A DNA stretch of 64,000 nt from Blasia pusilla (lineage: Eukaryota): assembly GCA_050084515.1 (NCBI GenBank), contig CM114271.1, positions 30,876,001 through 30,940,000 on the forward strand, in the 5' to 3' direction. The notes under the pieces were generated by a model. It was not told where the DNA came from. It was given only the letters and a program-made list of their open reading frames with translations, and searched no databases. Shown piece by piece: positions 50,390-64,000 of the stretch; the first letter of the stretch is position 1; every line of letters starts with the position of its first letter. The translations under genes were made by a program, and so were the position numbers.

Positions 50390-51440
50390 GTCGTTGGCGT
50401 TGTTGTTAGAAGGGCTTGCTTAACCCCTCCGACAGTATAGCAACAACACTGGAAAATGTCTAGAAACAATTTGGTTTGGTTTTTACAATATCAACAACAG
50501 TAATGATTGAGGAGGGGTCTGAATAAACATGACCAGTAGGTCTCCAAAAAACATTCTCTGGGTATTGAGCTTGTTGTATGAGAACTTTGGTAATACCTCC
50601 CTTCAGTGGTTCGCTCAATGTGCAGTTAGCTAATAGTAGGAAATATCGATGGCATGCTACTAAGGGGAGCCGAGTGTTTTATGAGTATCAGCAAGTGGTT
50701 ATGGTCTAATGTGCACTACTGTATATACACATGGCCTGATACTTGTTGAGGATGCCTATGTTAGCTAAGTGAAACTTAATTCCACTTTTTGCAACACGGC
50801 CAAATTGTGTGAGGGTGGCCGACAGTTTATGGGTGAGGCTGTGCTTTTGTGTGCACTTTGAAATACGACTGCAATCTGGTACAAGTAGCTACAAGTTTTT
50901 GATACTAGGTTAATACTCTCCAACTTTGATGTGTTTACTATTGTTGTTGTTGTTGTTGTTGTTGTTTTTGTTAGAAGAGGCTTTCTCAACCCCCCATACA
51001 TTGTAGCAACAAGACTAAAAAATGTCAAGAAACAATCTGGTATGGTTTTTTGCAGTACCAACCACAGTAATAACCGAAGGGGGGTTTTAAAGAAACGAGA
51101 TCAGTTGGCGCTTCTTGCAAAGATCCTCGGAGTCATGAGCTTGTCGTATGAGAACTCGCGTAAGATCTATCTTCAGTGATTTGCTCGGTGTACTTAGCTA
51201 ATAGTAGGAAATGTTGATGGCACGCTGCTAATGGGAGTTGAGCTTTTTATGAGTATGAGCAAGTGGCTATGGTTTAACATTTACCAATGTGTATACGCAT
51301 GGTCTGAAACCCATTGAACATGCCTATGTCAACTAAGTGGAACTTAGTTCCACTATTTGCAACACGGCCAAATTGTGTAGGAGTGACTGGTAGTGCAAAA
51401 GTTTATATATGAGGTAGTGCATTTGTGTGCATTCTGAAAC
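50390..51440. repeat. Diverged direct duplication with a period of about 570 bp
   Basis: AGAAACAAT, GTATGAGAACT, TTAGCTAATAGTAGGAAAT and TTTGCAACACGGCCAAATTGTGT each recur about 570 bp apart. Confidence 0.85.
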
Positions 51441-53999
51441 ACCTATGCAAAGTCAGCTGAACCAATTGGCTATAGGAAGTAGTTCACCAGTAGTGGATAT
51501 CTGTGAGTTACAAAGTAGTTAACTATCAGGCATGAATAGTCTACCTTAGCAGTAGCGGATAGGCAAGCACATCATCATTGATTTCATGAAGGAATAAAGT
51601 GATAACGTAAGTAGATGTGCCTTAGAGTCCCCAATCACGACGAAGCCTATGACACGTAAATCGGAGTGTTGCAAATGCAGCGTCAGGATTGAGACCTACA
51701 ACTCAACGAAAACTATATCTAAAGTACGTACATGGATGGCGTCTCTACAAAGTATGAAATTCATAATCGACAGAAGAATAAAAGTGAGAGAATTACCAAA
51801 GACAAAGCAAACTCAACATATAAGCACAAAAAATCGGATTGAAAAAATAGGGCCTCCTTGTACATACCTGAAGAATTCCTACCATTGCCTTATGAGCTTA
51901 ATATTGTCCACCAAATAGAAATAAAAGTCAGTTAGGTTTGCGTTAGGCAACTGAAAAAATCTCTTATGCATAAATTTTGGTATATCTTATTTGATTGTAG
52001 TTTTTGAAGATTTAAGTGAGTAATACTATCACCTTGTGTCGACGCCTAGTCAACAATTATAAAAATATGTCGACGTAGGATGCTTTTTACAAGAAAACAA
52101 TAAGAAATCTGGTTTTGCTTATGCACAGTGTTGGGATATTCGTAAATATACTTCCCACCATTGGTGGGCACACAACTGAGAGATAGGCTCTCAAGTATTC
52201 TGTAAAATTGAAGTAAAAGCCCGGTGAATCATGAAGCATTACCTGATATCCACACACGAACTGGAATAGGCGAGTGGGCAAATTGAGGTTTCTGCTCTGG
52301 GTTGCCGTTGGTGTTTTCGACTATCCCCTTCTTGTGACAAGAAGGTTGATTATACAGACATCGACAGGCCGCGCCAAGCACATAGATACAGAGAAAACCG
52401 CAGAGGAGTGATGCAAATGTAGACGGACCACTGAGAAGATGGGATCCTAGAGCAGAACTTAAAGTAGCTCGGAAAATGCCTGGGAGAGCAGACGACAATA
52501 AGCCGGGGTTGCTAGATTTACATCCGCTTGAGGTGCAGAGTCGGACCCGACGGTAAACTGACACAGAAAAGGAAATGGTTGCCCAAGAGAGAATCTCGAC
52601 GAGTATGGCCACCACCCCCGACAACGTAAAAAATGCAGGAACAATCACTAGAAGAAATCATTGTTTTTATGACTGGGTTATATGACACATACGTTACATT
52701 CCACGACTGGCAATGACTGACGACTACTTTAGACACAAAAGCCAAGTCATATTTGTCTGGCGACTAGGCTGACTAGGATGGTCGGCTTAGGTGGACGCTT
52801 GTTCATGACTAGAGGGTGTAGTCATGAGGCCATCACTGACATGTCACTTAGATGACGTGGAATAATGACACGTCAACGTATGACGTGGACTCATTGGTGT
52901 GACATGTCACTGATGACGTGGACTTCGGAAGATAACTCATGTAGTCATATATAGGGTATCTATCTAGTTACTACCAATGACTACAGTAGTCATGTAAAAG
53001 TACACTATATCCAATGACAATGTGACACGTGTATCCCATGGGTAAGGAATCCACTTGGCGGTAATAGTCATGTCTCCACCAAGTATTAAATTTTTGGATT
53101 CAGTGATAGCAACATGGCAACTCAACTACAAGGGGATGAAATGCAAAAAGAACAGAATTTGAGTGTCTTAAAAGTAAGATCTTACATCAAAATTAACACG
53201 ATTTCAAGTGATGCATGGCATACTACCATCATCTAAAATGGATCCAATCACTATTGATTACAAATCGTATCCCAAGATCTACTATTGAGGGGCGTGAAGT
53301 TGAAGATTGATAGATAACATTTATCTCAAGATACAATCCCTACATACGATCTTCCCATCACACGAGATGGAGTGGAACTCCCAACTTAACCGCCATGGCA
53401 CAATACATTTACCAAACCACATCCTACTCGCGGATCATCGTCAATGGAATCAAAGGTCTACACCATTTCCGGAGAAACTGAAGCTCTCCAGTTCCTACAA
53501 GTTTAGGAGCAGCTTACTCCCTATTCTCCGTGCTTGCCTTCACTCACCTGGTTTCAATCATCACAAAGTAACACCCGTATTTTGAATCTAATCATGAATT
53601 GATATACTTCGGCACATACATCTCTAAAGCTTTCCCTGGTGCACCCTGGCTAAGGAGAAAGGACTACCACAGGTGAAATGCAATTATAGTTCCAGTACTA
53701 CTCACTGATGCACTCACAAACTGATCATTAAGCATGAGAACTCCCAGATGAGTAGCATTCTACATAATTGTTGCAGAAAAGTCTTTCCATTCCAGTTATA
53801 TGGAGATAAGTAGACTACTCCCACCGGCACATTCTTCTCAAAGTCATGATTTGACAAGGAGTAATCGAAAGATGGGGGAACTCATTGGAAGTACAAAAAT
53901 GGGGGACTCGAAGAGTCTAGAACACCAGGGCCAAAACTGATTCTACAATCATAAAACCAAACATCCGGCACGCAATCGCAACCATGCAAATACATTATT

Positions 54000-54968
54000 A
54001 CCTCACCTTTGCTAGTAGAAGGAGTGCACATGTAGAATTAACTTGCGATTGAGGAGAGCACCTGCAAAAGAACATCGGCAACAGCTCAAATTCTAACATT
54101 CCTCAAACCCTACTGCATAATGCAGACGGTGTGAGTCTTATGACTGCCACTATGGAAAACGAAAATAGAATAGCAGCCCTTTTTGTCCGATGTTCCATAA
54201 TGATTTCTTTTACATAAGCACTCCAATGTGGCTGCACTAGGAGAAGATTGCTCTCTTGGCTATGATGGCTTGGAGATTCCTAAGATCCGAAATTCTTATT
54301 CATACCGTATTCTCCACAGGGCTTGACAGACAGGAGATAAGCAGAGCTATCCCCCCATTTCTTACAAACACCGTAGCATTTGCCGGATCTGCACACATAC
54401 AGATCTCTTCATGTCATTGAACAGAATTCGTTTGAATATAATAACTATGCCATGTTTGATCACATTCTTTGATGTAGGTAGGATAGACTCATGAAACTTA
54501 ACAGGGCAGTACCATGTGAGCATGGAAAATCCATGAATGTTCATCCATGGAAAGGAGCGTGATTTACAGGATGCAATAACGGGATAAAACTCTACATAAG
54601 AGAATAAGAGTGTCACACCTTCCGAAAGTACTCATAGTTCATGGGATCGTAGGCAAAGTTCGCCAAATGAGCGACAATTTGTTCTTTAGCTTCTGAAATG
54701 GCGAACATCAAGACTCGTGTTAAACTGACAATAACGTCAGTGACTTTGGGCAGAAACTTCAAAGGCAACCAAAAGAGTGAATGTACATCCACAATCTTTC
54801 TGGTCATGGCAGTGTATGAAAAGACAAGCATCTGAATTATTTCACCTCATACACTATACACAAACCACTGTCCTCTTAAAACCACATGAGCAAACACTTG
54901 GAGACATGAGCAAGCGGCTAGTACCCTCACTGAATGTATGCTGAAATTTTGTCACCAATTCTTGCAGG
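54000..54968 (-). pseudogene. Captured genomic fragment of an armadillo-repeat protein 7 (ARMC7)-like gene, introns retained
   Basis: Exon pieces ELVTKFQHTFSE | AKEQIVAHLANFAYDPMNYEYFRK | DPANATVFVRNGGIALLISCLSSPVENT | VLSSIAS*FYMC with GT/AG borders. LANFAYDP is characteristic of ARMC7. Confidence 0.85.
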
Positions 54969-56079
54969 GACCAATGAATGCAAAACTTCTTGTAAAAAAC
55001 AAGATAATGCCAATCCGTCATCCTCGATTCAATCATTCTTGAGCATGTCTCGGATACGTGACCAATTTCTTTATTATTCTGAGCTTCTTGGATGACAAGA
55101 TCTTTGCTTATGTCATCGATCTTAACCCCCAAAAAAGTGAACTTCATTGGGTTCCGCCACCCAAGTCTCTAATGTTTCCAAATTCTTGTACCAGTCTATG
55201 ATCACAGGCCCCCCACATTCTAACGGTCATGTTCTACAGAGTGCTTTGGTATGCACATGGGAATTAATGGCGGCAAGATTTTTTTCAAGTTCTTGTGATT
55301 GACATCCCTCTCTGGTCAGGATCCACCAGGTCTGGTGATCCCTCTCCATGTACCTGACTCTATGCACATGACAGTTAAATCCGCAATATGTGGGCGACGG
55401 GGGAATCCAGAGTTCCAAGACCTGAAGATACTCATCACGAGGTGTGCCGTATTTCCCAATCCGTTCCTTCTACCACTCTACATTGCTGAATATTGCGGAG
55501 ACTTAGTCCTTAAAAACAAATTTGATTGAGGCGCTCTTGTGATGTTCTCTGCTCATGGGACATCTGGCCTTCCTCTTCAATGCATTCATTCTCCTCTTTA
55601 TGGCTCACTCAAGGGCGAGCATCCAAATGACCTAACTCTTCTCCTCATCCAATGCCAAGCAAAGCAAATCCAAGTTTGGTATGAGGATCCCCTCGATCAG
55701 ACCTTCTGATCAAAGCAGAGCAGCTACGAAGCGATCTGCTGTTGCACTCAACGACCATGAAAACTCCACAACCCACCTCAACTCAAACGCTGAGAAGTAT
55801 CATCTCAGATAGCATCATGTTTGATAAGAAGTACAAAATCTGTGTTGAGGCAATGTAACTCTAGCATGATAAAGTTGAGGCAACAACTTTCGAGTTAGTA
55901 GCTATTGCTGATCTGTTTTGAATGCAAAAGATTTCTGGAAGAAATGCGGGTATATAGTCTCCAAACAAGGGTTGGCAGGGTAGGGAGTGTGGCAAAATAG
56001 ACAATAGCACTATTGACTATGACTCTTACTGTGTGTATCAGACAGCATCTACATTGCTTGTGTATATTTAGAAACTTTG

Positions 56080-56630
56080 TAAAGTCTAGCTTGATCCAAA
56101 GCAGCAAGTATCACACTTTGAAAGAGCAAGAAGATGTTGTGCAAGGCCTTTTTCAACAAGTGCACAAGCTCAGAGATGAGATTGCAAATGTTACAGAGCA
56201 GAGAGATGCCTTGCAAGTAGAACTTGAACTCTAAGAGCAAAAGGCAGCCAGTACTCGTGAAAAATTGAGCCTTGTTGTGAAGAAAGGGAAAGGAGTTGTC
56301 AAACAATGAGATGCGATCAAAAAATCACTTGCTGAGCAGGAGCAGCTAGTGCAAAGTACAAAGAAGAAATAGAAACCAAGGACTCTACTCTTGAAAGTAC
56401 CAAGAATGAACTGCTCTTGTGTGCATAACAGGTTCAGGCTTTGGAACTTGAGCTCTCTTCTTTGACAAAACTTACCTCAATCCTTGATCAAAAGCTGCAA
56501 GACAAAAGTAACACCTTGTAGGAGCTAGAGACAGTGCTTATTATCAACAACTCCTTAGCTGATTGGCAATCAAGGGACCTATTGGAGAAATTTGAGTGGC
56601 TGGTTTCAGCAGTGGCTGATGCCCAGAATA
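56080..56630 (+). pseudogene. Captured fragment of a long coiled-coil gene resembling TNO1 (TGN-localised SYP41-interacting protein)
   Basis: EQRDALQVELEL*EQKAASTREKLSLVVKKGKGVVKQ*DAIKKSLAE matches the REKLxxAVxKGK repeat I recall from TNO1-family proteins. Contains stops and frameshifts. Confidence 0.7.
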
Positions 56631-58033
56631 AGGCAATCCTAGCTGTTTCTACTAGCTTAGCTTAGCAATATCAGCATATACTCTCTATGTGTGTGTTATG
56701 AATGTTGGCAGGAGACCACAGGCAGAGTGGGCTAGAGTCATATCTAAGGCTAGGAGGACACTCCGTTTTGTACATGCACATCGGACAACAAGATGAGTGG
56801 ACATCTTTCTCACTCTTAGGTTTCTAGTGGCTCCTGCAACCATGAATAACAACCTACTTTCAAGTCTCAGAGAGTTCTGAAATTGCTCAAAAATAGTAGG
56901 AAACGAGGGTGCTATAAAATCTTTGAACATTCAGCATAAACTAAGTAAGAAACTCTAGACAAGAGTATGAGGTTGATCAGTGTCCTCAACTACAAAGCCC
57001 TGCAGTCAACGAGTACTTCTGAGCATGAGTCTCCTCTAGATCCTAAATTGGAGCCTATGCTTTCCCAGCCCCCTAGCAATCATGCGCATAGGGAGTTGGG
57101 GAATATGACAATGAACAATTTCTTACTTGGTGTGTATTTTCGTGTCGTAGCCTTGAGAGAGACTAAGAACGAGAGATTGAGTATGAGTGAGAATTTGCGC
57201 TTCCTTACCTCGGATTACTTGGAATTCCCCCCTCCTTCTTCAACTAATAGGTATAAATGAGAAATCACAACCTTCTGATAAGAGGTGCTTAATGAAATAT
57301 CCCCTCAAGTACGACTATCTATCAGTGGACCGCAGAGGCGAGGACAACAACATGAAATCTGCTTGGAGAGAAATGCCCAGATCTCATAGCACTTTTGAGA
57401 GGGACATCAACACGCATAGCACTGCTCACAGAACTCAAAACTGAAGCCTCAAAGGTTTATCTGATCCGGTTCTCATTTCATCTTGAGGAAATAATTTCAT
57501 GCGCCCATGTTGTTGGGAGGATTAGGTTTAGTGATGCAAGTTCAACGCTATCATTGGAGAGAGATAGTCAAGGACCTCGCAGGGGCAGCCCTTTGTTGAT
57601 GTCGCTCAACCCTTGCGCGCCCACAAAGGTACACACATTTGAGAGAGCAAGGGAGAGGTAGGCAGAGATAAGGAACAACCATATATCCAACAGAGTAGAG
57701 GGGGAGAGCATGCGACATAGCCACCGGAAGCTCATAAAGTGTAGATCTTGTCCTTCTTGTTCTCCGAGAGATAACAGGGCGACGCTATAGTGGCCTTGAG
57801 ACTAAGACATGAGTAAGTGATGAACAGACGGTCTGAGATAGGCAACAAAGGAATGACAAGAGAGTAATTTACAGGGCCTGCATAAAAATGTTGGATTCGA
57901 GAGCCTGGAGAAATTCGCAAGAAATGAAAGCGGACGAAGGTAAATTCACTGGAGAGAGAGAGAGTCAAGGACTTTGCAGGGAAAGCCCTTTGGTGATGTC
58001 ACTCGACCCTTGCGCACGGGCAAAGGTACACAC

Positions 58034-58036
<3 letters not shown>

Positions 58037-58083
<47 letters not shown>
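58037..58083. repeat. (GA)n microsatellite
   Basis: Uninterrupted GA run. Confidence 0.95.
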
Positions 58084-58086
<3 letters not shown>

Positions 58087-58804
58087 CAGTTTGCAAATCT
58101 GTGCACTCACACGGAAGTGGTTTTGGACGTAGGCTCTATCTCCAATTTTTTCCAACCTTCTCGCCGTCCTCACCAAAATCTCGCCGCCTTCGACATCAAG
58201 ATCTCCCTGCCTTCGACACGATACACTTGCAACATTTTTCTCAAGCTCCACATTACAAGCTCTCTCTTTGGTCGCAGACTCTCTCCTTTCCTTCTCTTTC
58301 TTACTCTCGTTCTCACACTCAAAGCTCTACGAGTTACTCAAAGCTCTCTCTCATAGGGTTCGTAAAGGAAAAACGCGGGAATCCACACGGAAGAGACCGG
58401 GGAATATGTGAAGACCACACTCTTCCTCTTCCGAAGGAGCTAAATGAAGCGCCAAGTATGGAATCTCACATGATAAGCCACTAGTAAACATGCCACGTCA
58501 ACCTAGAACCCCACTACTAAGACTCCCAAGATCCAAGTGAACAAAGAATTTATAGCTCAATACAAGAAGGGCCCATTTACACTAGGAAGTGACAACCATA
58601 ACTTGACGAGTTTTGAGTCTCGACAACTATTCAGTTCCATCAACAAGGTTATAAATGGCGGTAGTAAATACGCATCCTAGCATCTTGTCAAATCGTCCAT
58701 CGGAAAATAGGTACCAAACACTTTCCTCAAATCGGCCGTGAAATACATGCGTGTCCATGATTTGTGGGATAAAAATACATACCAATAAACACCTTTTTTT
58801 CAAT

Positions 58805-61210
58805 GACATGAAACTGCCACAAGGACTCGAAACAATCCTACTCAATGCCCTCCTTCTCCTTCTTGAAACCTCCTTCTCTATCAAGGGTCCCAAAAACAAG
58901 AAACTTTTCCTAGACAGCCACCCAAGCCCCATAAACACAAGGAAAAAGAAAAAATTCAAATGGCCACTAACAAATTGAATTAAAAATTGTAAACCCTAAA
59001 TAAGGACTTTCATTTTTTGTTTAATCATGGAGAACTAAGGGACAGATCTGAACCATTGAAATTGTGGAGGCATTTAGTAAGAAGGCCTCTGCCAACTTTC
59101 AAGATCATCCAATGGTTGGAAGAAGAGTCAACATCATACTAACATGAAATTGCAACAAGGACTCGAAACAATCCGAAGCTATATTATTAAAAGAGGATCA
59201 GGTAACCCTCCTAAGGTAACACGTAGTCTTTTATTTATTAAGTCTTTGTGTACAAAAGCTCAAAGGTACGATTAACCTACTCAATGCCCTCTTCCCCCTT
59301 CATGACACCTCTTTTTCTACCCTCCCCCTCAACTAGGGTTCCAAAAAGCAAGGAAATTTTCCTAGACAGCAATCCCAACCCCAGGAACACACGGCAAAAG
59401 AAAAAAACTTCAAATAACCACTCACACATTGAATTACAAATTGTAAACCTTAAATAAGGATTTTCATTTTTGGTATTAGCATGGAAGAATAAGGGACAAA
59501 TCTGAGCCGTTGAAGTTGTGGAAGCATTTAATTTTAGCACCTATGCCAAGTTTCAACACCATCCAATGGTTGGAAGAAGAGTAAACGCCATAATAACATG
59601 AAATTGCAATAAGGATTCAAAACAATCCTACTGAATGCCATCATCCACTTGCATGACACATATTTTTCTACCCTCTCCCCTCAACCAGGAGTCCAAAAAA
59701 CAAGAAACGTTTCCTAGACAGCCACCCCAACTCCAGGAACACAAATAAAAAGAAAAAACTTCAAATGATCATTCACACATTGAATTAAAAATCGTAAACC
59801 CTAAATGAGGACTTTCATTTTTGGCATTAGCATGGAGGGCTAAGGGATAGATCTGAAGCGTTGAAATTGTGGAGGCATTTAATTAGAAGGCCTTTGCCAA
59901 GTTTCATCACCATCCAATGGTTGAAAGAAGAGTCAACACCATTTTAACATGAAATTGCAACAAAGACTCGAAACAATCTTACTCAATGCCCTCATCCACC
60001 TTCATGACACCTCTTTTTCTACCCTCCCCCCTCAACCAGGGGTCCCAAAAACAAGAAACTTTTCCGAGACAGCCACCCCAACCCCTGGAACACAGGGAAA
60101 AAGACAAAAACTTCAAATGACCATTCATACATTGAATTAAAAATCGTAAACCCTAAACAAGGACTTTAATTTTTGGTATTAGTATGGAGGGCTAAGGAAA
60201 GATCTGAACCGTTGAAGTTATGGAGGAATTTAGTTGAAAGTTTTCTGCCAAGTTTCAACACCATCCAATGGTTGAAAGAAGAGTCAACAACATACTCGCA
60301 TGAAATTGCAACAAGGACTGGAAACAATCTTACTAAATGCCCTCCTCCCCCTTCATGACACCTCTTTTTCTACCCTCTCCCCTCAACTAGGGGTCCAAAA
60401 GACACGAAACGCTTCTTAGACAGCCATCCCAATCCTAGGAAGACGGGGCAAAAGAAAAAACTTCAAATGACCATTCACACATTGAATTAAAAATCGTAAT
60501 CCCTAAATAAGGACTTTGATTTTTGGTACTATCATGGAACGTTAAAGGACAGATCTGAATCGTTGAGCGTGTGGAGGAATTTAATGGTAAGTTTCAACAT
60601 CATCCAATGGTTGGAAGAAGAGTAAACACTATAATAACATGAAATTGCAACAAGGACTTGAAACAATTATACTCAATGCCATCATCCATCTGCATGACAC
60701 CTCTTTTTCTACCCTCTCCCCTCAACCAAGAGTCAGAAAAACACGAAACGTTTCCTAGACAGCTATCCCAACCCCAGGAACACAAAGAAAAAGAAAAAAC
60801 TTCAAATGATCACTCACACATTGAATTAAAAATCGTAAACCCTAAATAAGGACTTTCATTTTTGGCATTAGCATGGAGGGCTAGGAGATAGATCTGAACC
60901 GTTGAAATTGTGGAGGCATTTAATTAGAAGGCCTTTGCTAAGTTTCATCACCATCCAATGGTTGAAAGAAGAGTCAACACCATACTAACATGAAATTGCA
61001 ATAAGGATTCAAAACAATCCTACTTAATGCCCTCCTCCCCCGTCATGGCATCTCTTTTTCTACCCTTCCCCCCTCAATCAGGGGTCCAGTAACGGAGAGA
61101 ATTAATGCAAAGTCTTGTGCTAAGTTTTATCACAATCTTATGGTTGGATGAAAAGATATCTCCATGTTAACATGAAAATGACACAACGACTCTAAACAAT
61201 CCTACTCAAA
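58805..61210. repeat. Tandem array of about 340-360-bp units, roughly 6.5 copies, inside the CACTA element
   Basis: CATGAAATTGCAACAAGGACT...CAATCCTACT recurs near 58808, 59143, 59598, 59948, 60299, 60639, 60990 and 61171. Units also share CATCCAATGGTTG and ATTGAATTAAAAATCGTAAACCCTAAA. Confidence 0.93.
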
Positions 61211-63834
61211 ATTGGAGCATGAAATCATTTAAACATATGAGTCGTTGCTTATGACTCATCTTTACTAGGCGAGTGAAACAAGTATGACTCATCGTGACTA
61301 AAGGGTATTGAAAACTTCTTTAGTCATAAGAAGATGACTCAGTGAATTGTACGACCCTAAATTTTATGACTAAACCATTTAAGTCATAATTTGAGCCATT
61401 CTTTTGGTGAGTCATTTAAAGTCTAGTCATAAAAACCACTTATTTCTTCTAGTGAATCCGGGGCGATTGCAAACTCTGAATTACGGGCAGCGGGCATAGT
61501 TTAGGTAGGCCGGGATTCATTGGAAACGTGAGTGGGATCCTCACTATCCCAACAACAGAATGTCGTAATGCCAACGAAGCACTGTACTCAGGGAAAGAAA
61601 TTCAGGCAGGCTGATTGCGAAATAAAAAAAAACTTCATGAATTGACAAGCAGCAGTTCCGATTAGGAAAGTTTGGTAGCTCTTGTCCATTTCTGAAGTTC
61701 ACTCATATCGAGGGACACAAATATGGACCAGTCAAATGCACTTATCCGGCTAGAGCCATCACAAATGTGCGCAATGAAATCGGTAGTACAAACCAGAGTT
61801 GAAATTTGAATGTTGCCAATACCCACAGGGTGCAACCTAGATCACAAATGCGCATGGTGTAGAGTGTAGCAAGGAGGCCTAATAGCAGAGCGGGAGAAAG
61901 CAAGGGGAGAAGATATTTCCTTGGTCCTTAATCCTGATTTCTCCCTCCTGAGGTGTCGACGACGCTGTGCTCCGCCACCAACCACAGGCTATCCTTGGTG
62001 ACATGTCGATAGCGCGCTGATCCAGCTCGAAGTGCAAGGCACATTCAAACCTGAGAAGACCGAAGGTCTGGTGTGCGTTGGCATTCCTGCGACGTTGCTG
62101 AAAGTAGGAAAGCCGGAAGAGAAGGCGAGAAAATTCCGCAGCTTGAAGTGGAAATGGGGCCCAAATATTGCGCGTAGCGTCAGCCGAATACTAGTGCATG
62201 TCGTTCCTACCCCTCGCACCGAGAACTCACATTTTACACACGAAAGACAAGCACAACAAAGAACAAGAACGAAACACCACTACCTGCGCGAAAAAAAGGT
62301 AGGATTCAAAAGGGCGAGGTGGTGCCCAACCTTCATTATTACTCCTTATGACACACTCCTCTCACGGAGCACTCCACGCACGCTCCTACGCCACGGCCCT
62401 CCCTATCTCGTAAGTTTATGCCACACCACATCCCTAGATGAAGAGCCAACTGGGGAGTCAATCTAGCGACTCTACTATTTCCACGAGTGCTCGACGATAG
62501 TTTCCTTGCCCTGCCCACTCTGTGTCCGATTATGCGATGTGTGGTCACCACGCTTAATTGTGAAGTTTAAGGGCTATAGTAGGGGCCGTGATTAATTAGA
62601 AAGGAAATCTAAATTTGAAATATAAAAAATTAAGCACAACCTGTGAGAAATAAGGTACACTTTTTGAGAGCTATATCCTTGATATTTTCTCATCCTATGA
62701 AATATTTCTTAATTTAAATTTTTGGATTATAATAAATATTTTGCATAGAGATAAACTGGAGTAGAATTAAATTTTCCAAATAAAAATAATTTCTCTATTT
62801 TTTCTGAATAAAAAAAATTCATACCGATGGGAAAAAAGAATTAAACTGAGGGAAGCAAGGAAGAAATGAAAGGATATTGGGGATTTTTTTATATGGAATT
62901 AAAATCTATCCCCTATTTTTATTTATTCTCTCTTTCACTTATTAATACTTATACATATAGAAAAATAAGTCTTAATGAAAGGCTTTAGACATGGTATGTA
63001 AAGAGAGCTTTGAGAGAAAAGGGGAAATAAACTTGATAATTTAGACTTGTAATTTTTTGATTGTGCGATGGATTTTGGGTCAAGGATGAGGGAAACCTCT
63101 CTAACCCTTTGGAGAGGTCCATCCATGATTCCATTTTAGTCTCTTTGAAAAGAAGAAGGGATTCCATCCAATTTTGCATTCCCCTATTTATGTCCTTCTT
63201 TGTTGGGATCGAGGGTTGTCTCGTCTTTAGACAAAAGAGGATCCCTCCATTTTCCTTAATGCCCTTCCTTGTCCCATCCACCTTATTTTTATTTTCTAAT
63301 CTCTTCATCCCTTTATTATGTGAAGGATTCTTTGAAAATTTATCCTTTTCTCTCTTCTCCTTACATGTTAAAATTCAAATATTTAAAAAATTAATAAAAT
63401 CTCCTCTCTCTCTCCGTTTGTATTTCCTTCCCATATTAAAAATTAAATGTTCGATTCTTTCTCTACTTTTCTTTTTCAAATTCATCCTTATGTTTTTCTT
63501 CCACTCGTACAATCTATCTTCTATATTATCAAGGGAGTACTCTTTCTTGGCTTGTAAATACCTATGCACTCAACATATGACAACGAGACAATATTTTTTT
63601 TTGAATTTGAAGATATCATGATTATTTGGACTATACACTAGTTCAAGTTATTTTGCATTCCTTAATCTAATGAAAATCCAAAAGTGCTTCAGAATTTCTC
63701 ATAAAATGTCTCATATTCTTGCAAAAATGAAATAGAAGTTTAAAAAGCTAAAAAGTAGCCCCAAGACTTAAGTCCATGGATTTATTTTAATCACTTGAAA
63801 TAAACCATTCCAATTATATGATAATGTATACTGA

Positions 63835-63978
63835 TCTATATTATCCTTGGAGAATGCCTTCCTGAAAGTATGTTTGACAACCCGGGCGAGACAAAATGTC
63901 TCCCACGTAACGGCAGCAAAATATTTTTTGGAACTTGTGTGTAAGTACTTACTCCCTTCACTCAGTGTTGCAGTCTAG
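63835..63978 (+). mobile_element. Very short (144 bp) Helitron-like element
   Basis: A|TCTATATTAT...GGAGAATGCC...ATGTTTGACA...AAAATATTT...TCCCTTCACTC...CTAG|T, inserted between A and T. Confidence 0.55.
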
Positions 63979-64000
63979 TTTAAGGGGACAGCGGACTACT

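Larger units (their letters stand above)
52646..61454. mobile_element. Non-autonomous CACTA (En/Spm) element, 8809 bp, carrying host gene fragments
   Basis: Perfect 13-bp TIRs CACTAGAAGAAAT / ATTTCTTCTAGTG. 3-bp target duplication AAT (52643-52645 and 61455-61457). Subterminal ATGACT/AGTCAT repeats at both ends. No transposase recognised. Confidence 0.95.

Noticed and set aside
58805-61210. CRISPR array or coding repeat
   Set aside because: Units are ~350 bp and similar throughout, with no unique spacers, no cas genes and no sustained ORF.
52229-62466. A host gene split by the CACTA insertion (flanks 52229-52645 and 61455-62466)
   Set aside because: Rejoining the flanks gave no recognisable protein or conserved miRNA; the sequence looks UTR-like but cannot be assigned.
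62935-63621. AT-rich ORFs near the window end
   Set aside because: Low-complexity Phe/Leu- or Lys-rich translations with no motif.

Overview
Eukaryotic, intron-containing land-plant DNA (inference: probably a non-seed plant such as a bryophyte). Four host genes were reconstructed from GT-AG exons or intact ORFs: TRM11 (partial, minus), VPS22/SNF8 (minus), a glutaredoxin-like DUF836 gene (plus) and an intronless F-box gene (minus). Most of the rest is transposon-derived. The main feature is a family of degenerate Ty3/gypsy-type retroelements whose polyprotein runs Gag(2 zinc knuckles)-protease-C5 cytosine DNA methyltransferase (DNMT3-like)-RT-RNase H-integrase-PHD finger. These elements have split-direct-repeat-like termini (A1...B1-A2-B2) instead of two ordinary LTRs. 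Three pieces form a rearranged, partly palindromic 17-kb block (5008-22042), and a diverged relative with the same methyltransferase position lies at 26274-31410. Also present are Helitron remnants of two types and an 8.8-kb non-autonomous CACTA element (13-bp TIRs, AAT target duplication) carrying captured ARMC7-like and TNO1-like gene fragments plus a ~350-bp tandem array. All alignments were done by eye; no database searches were run.
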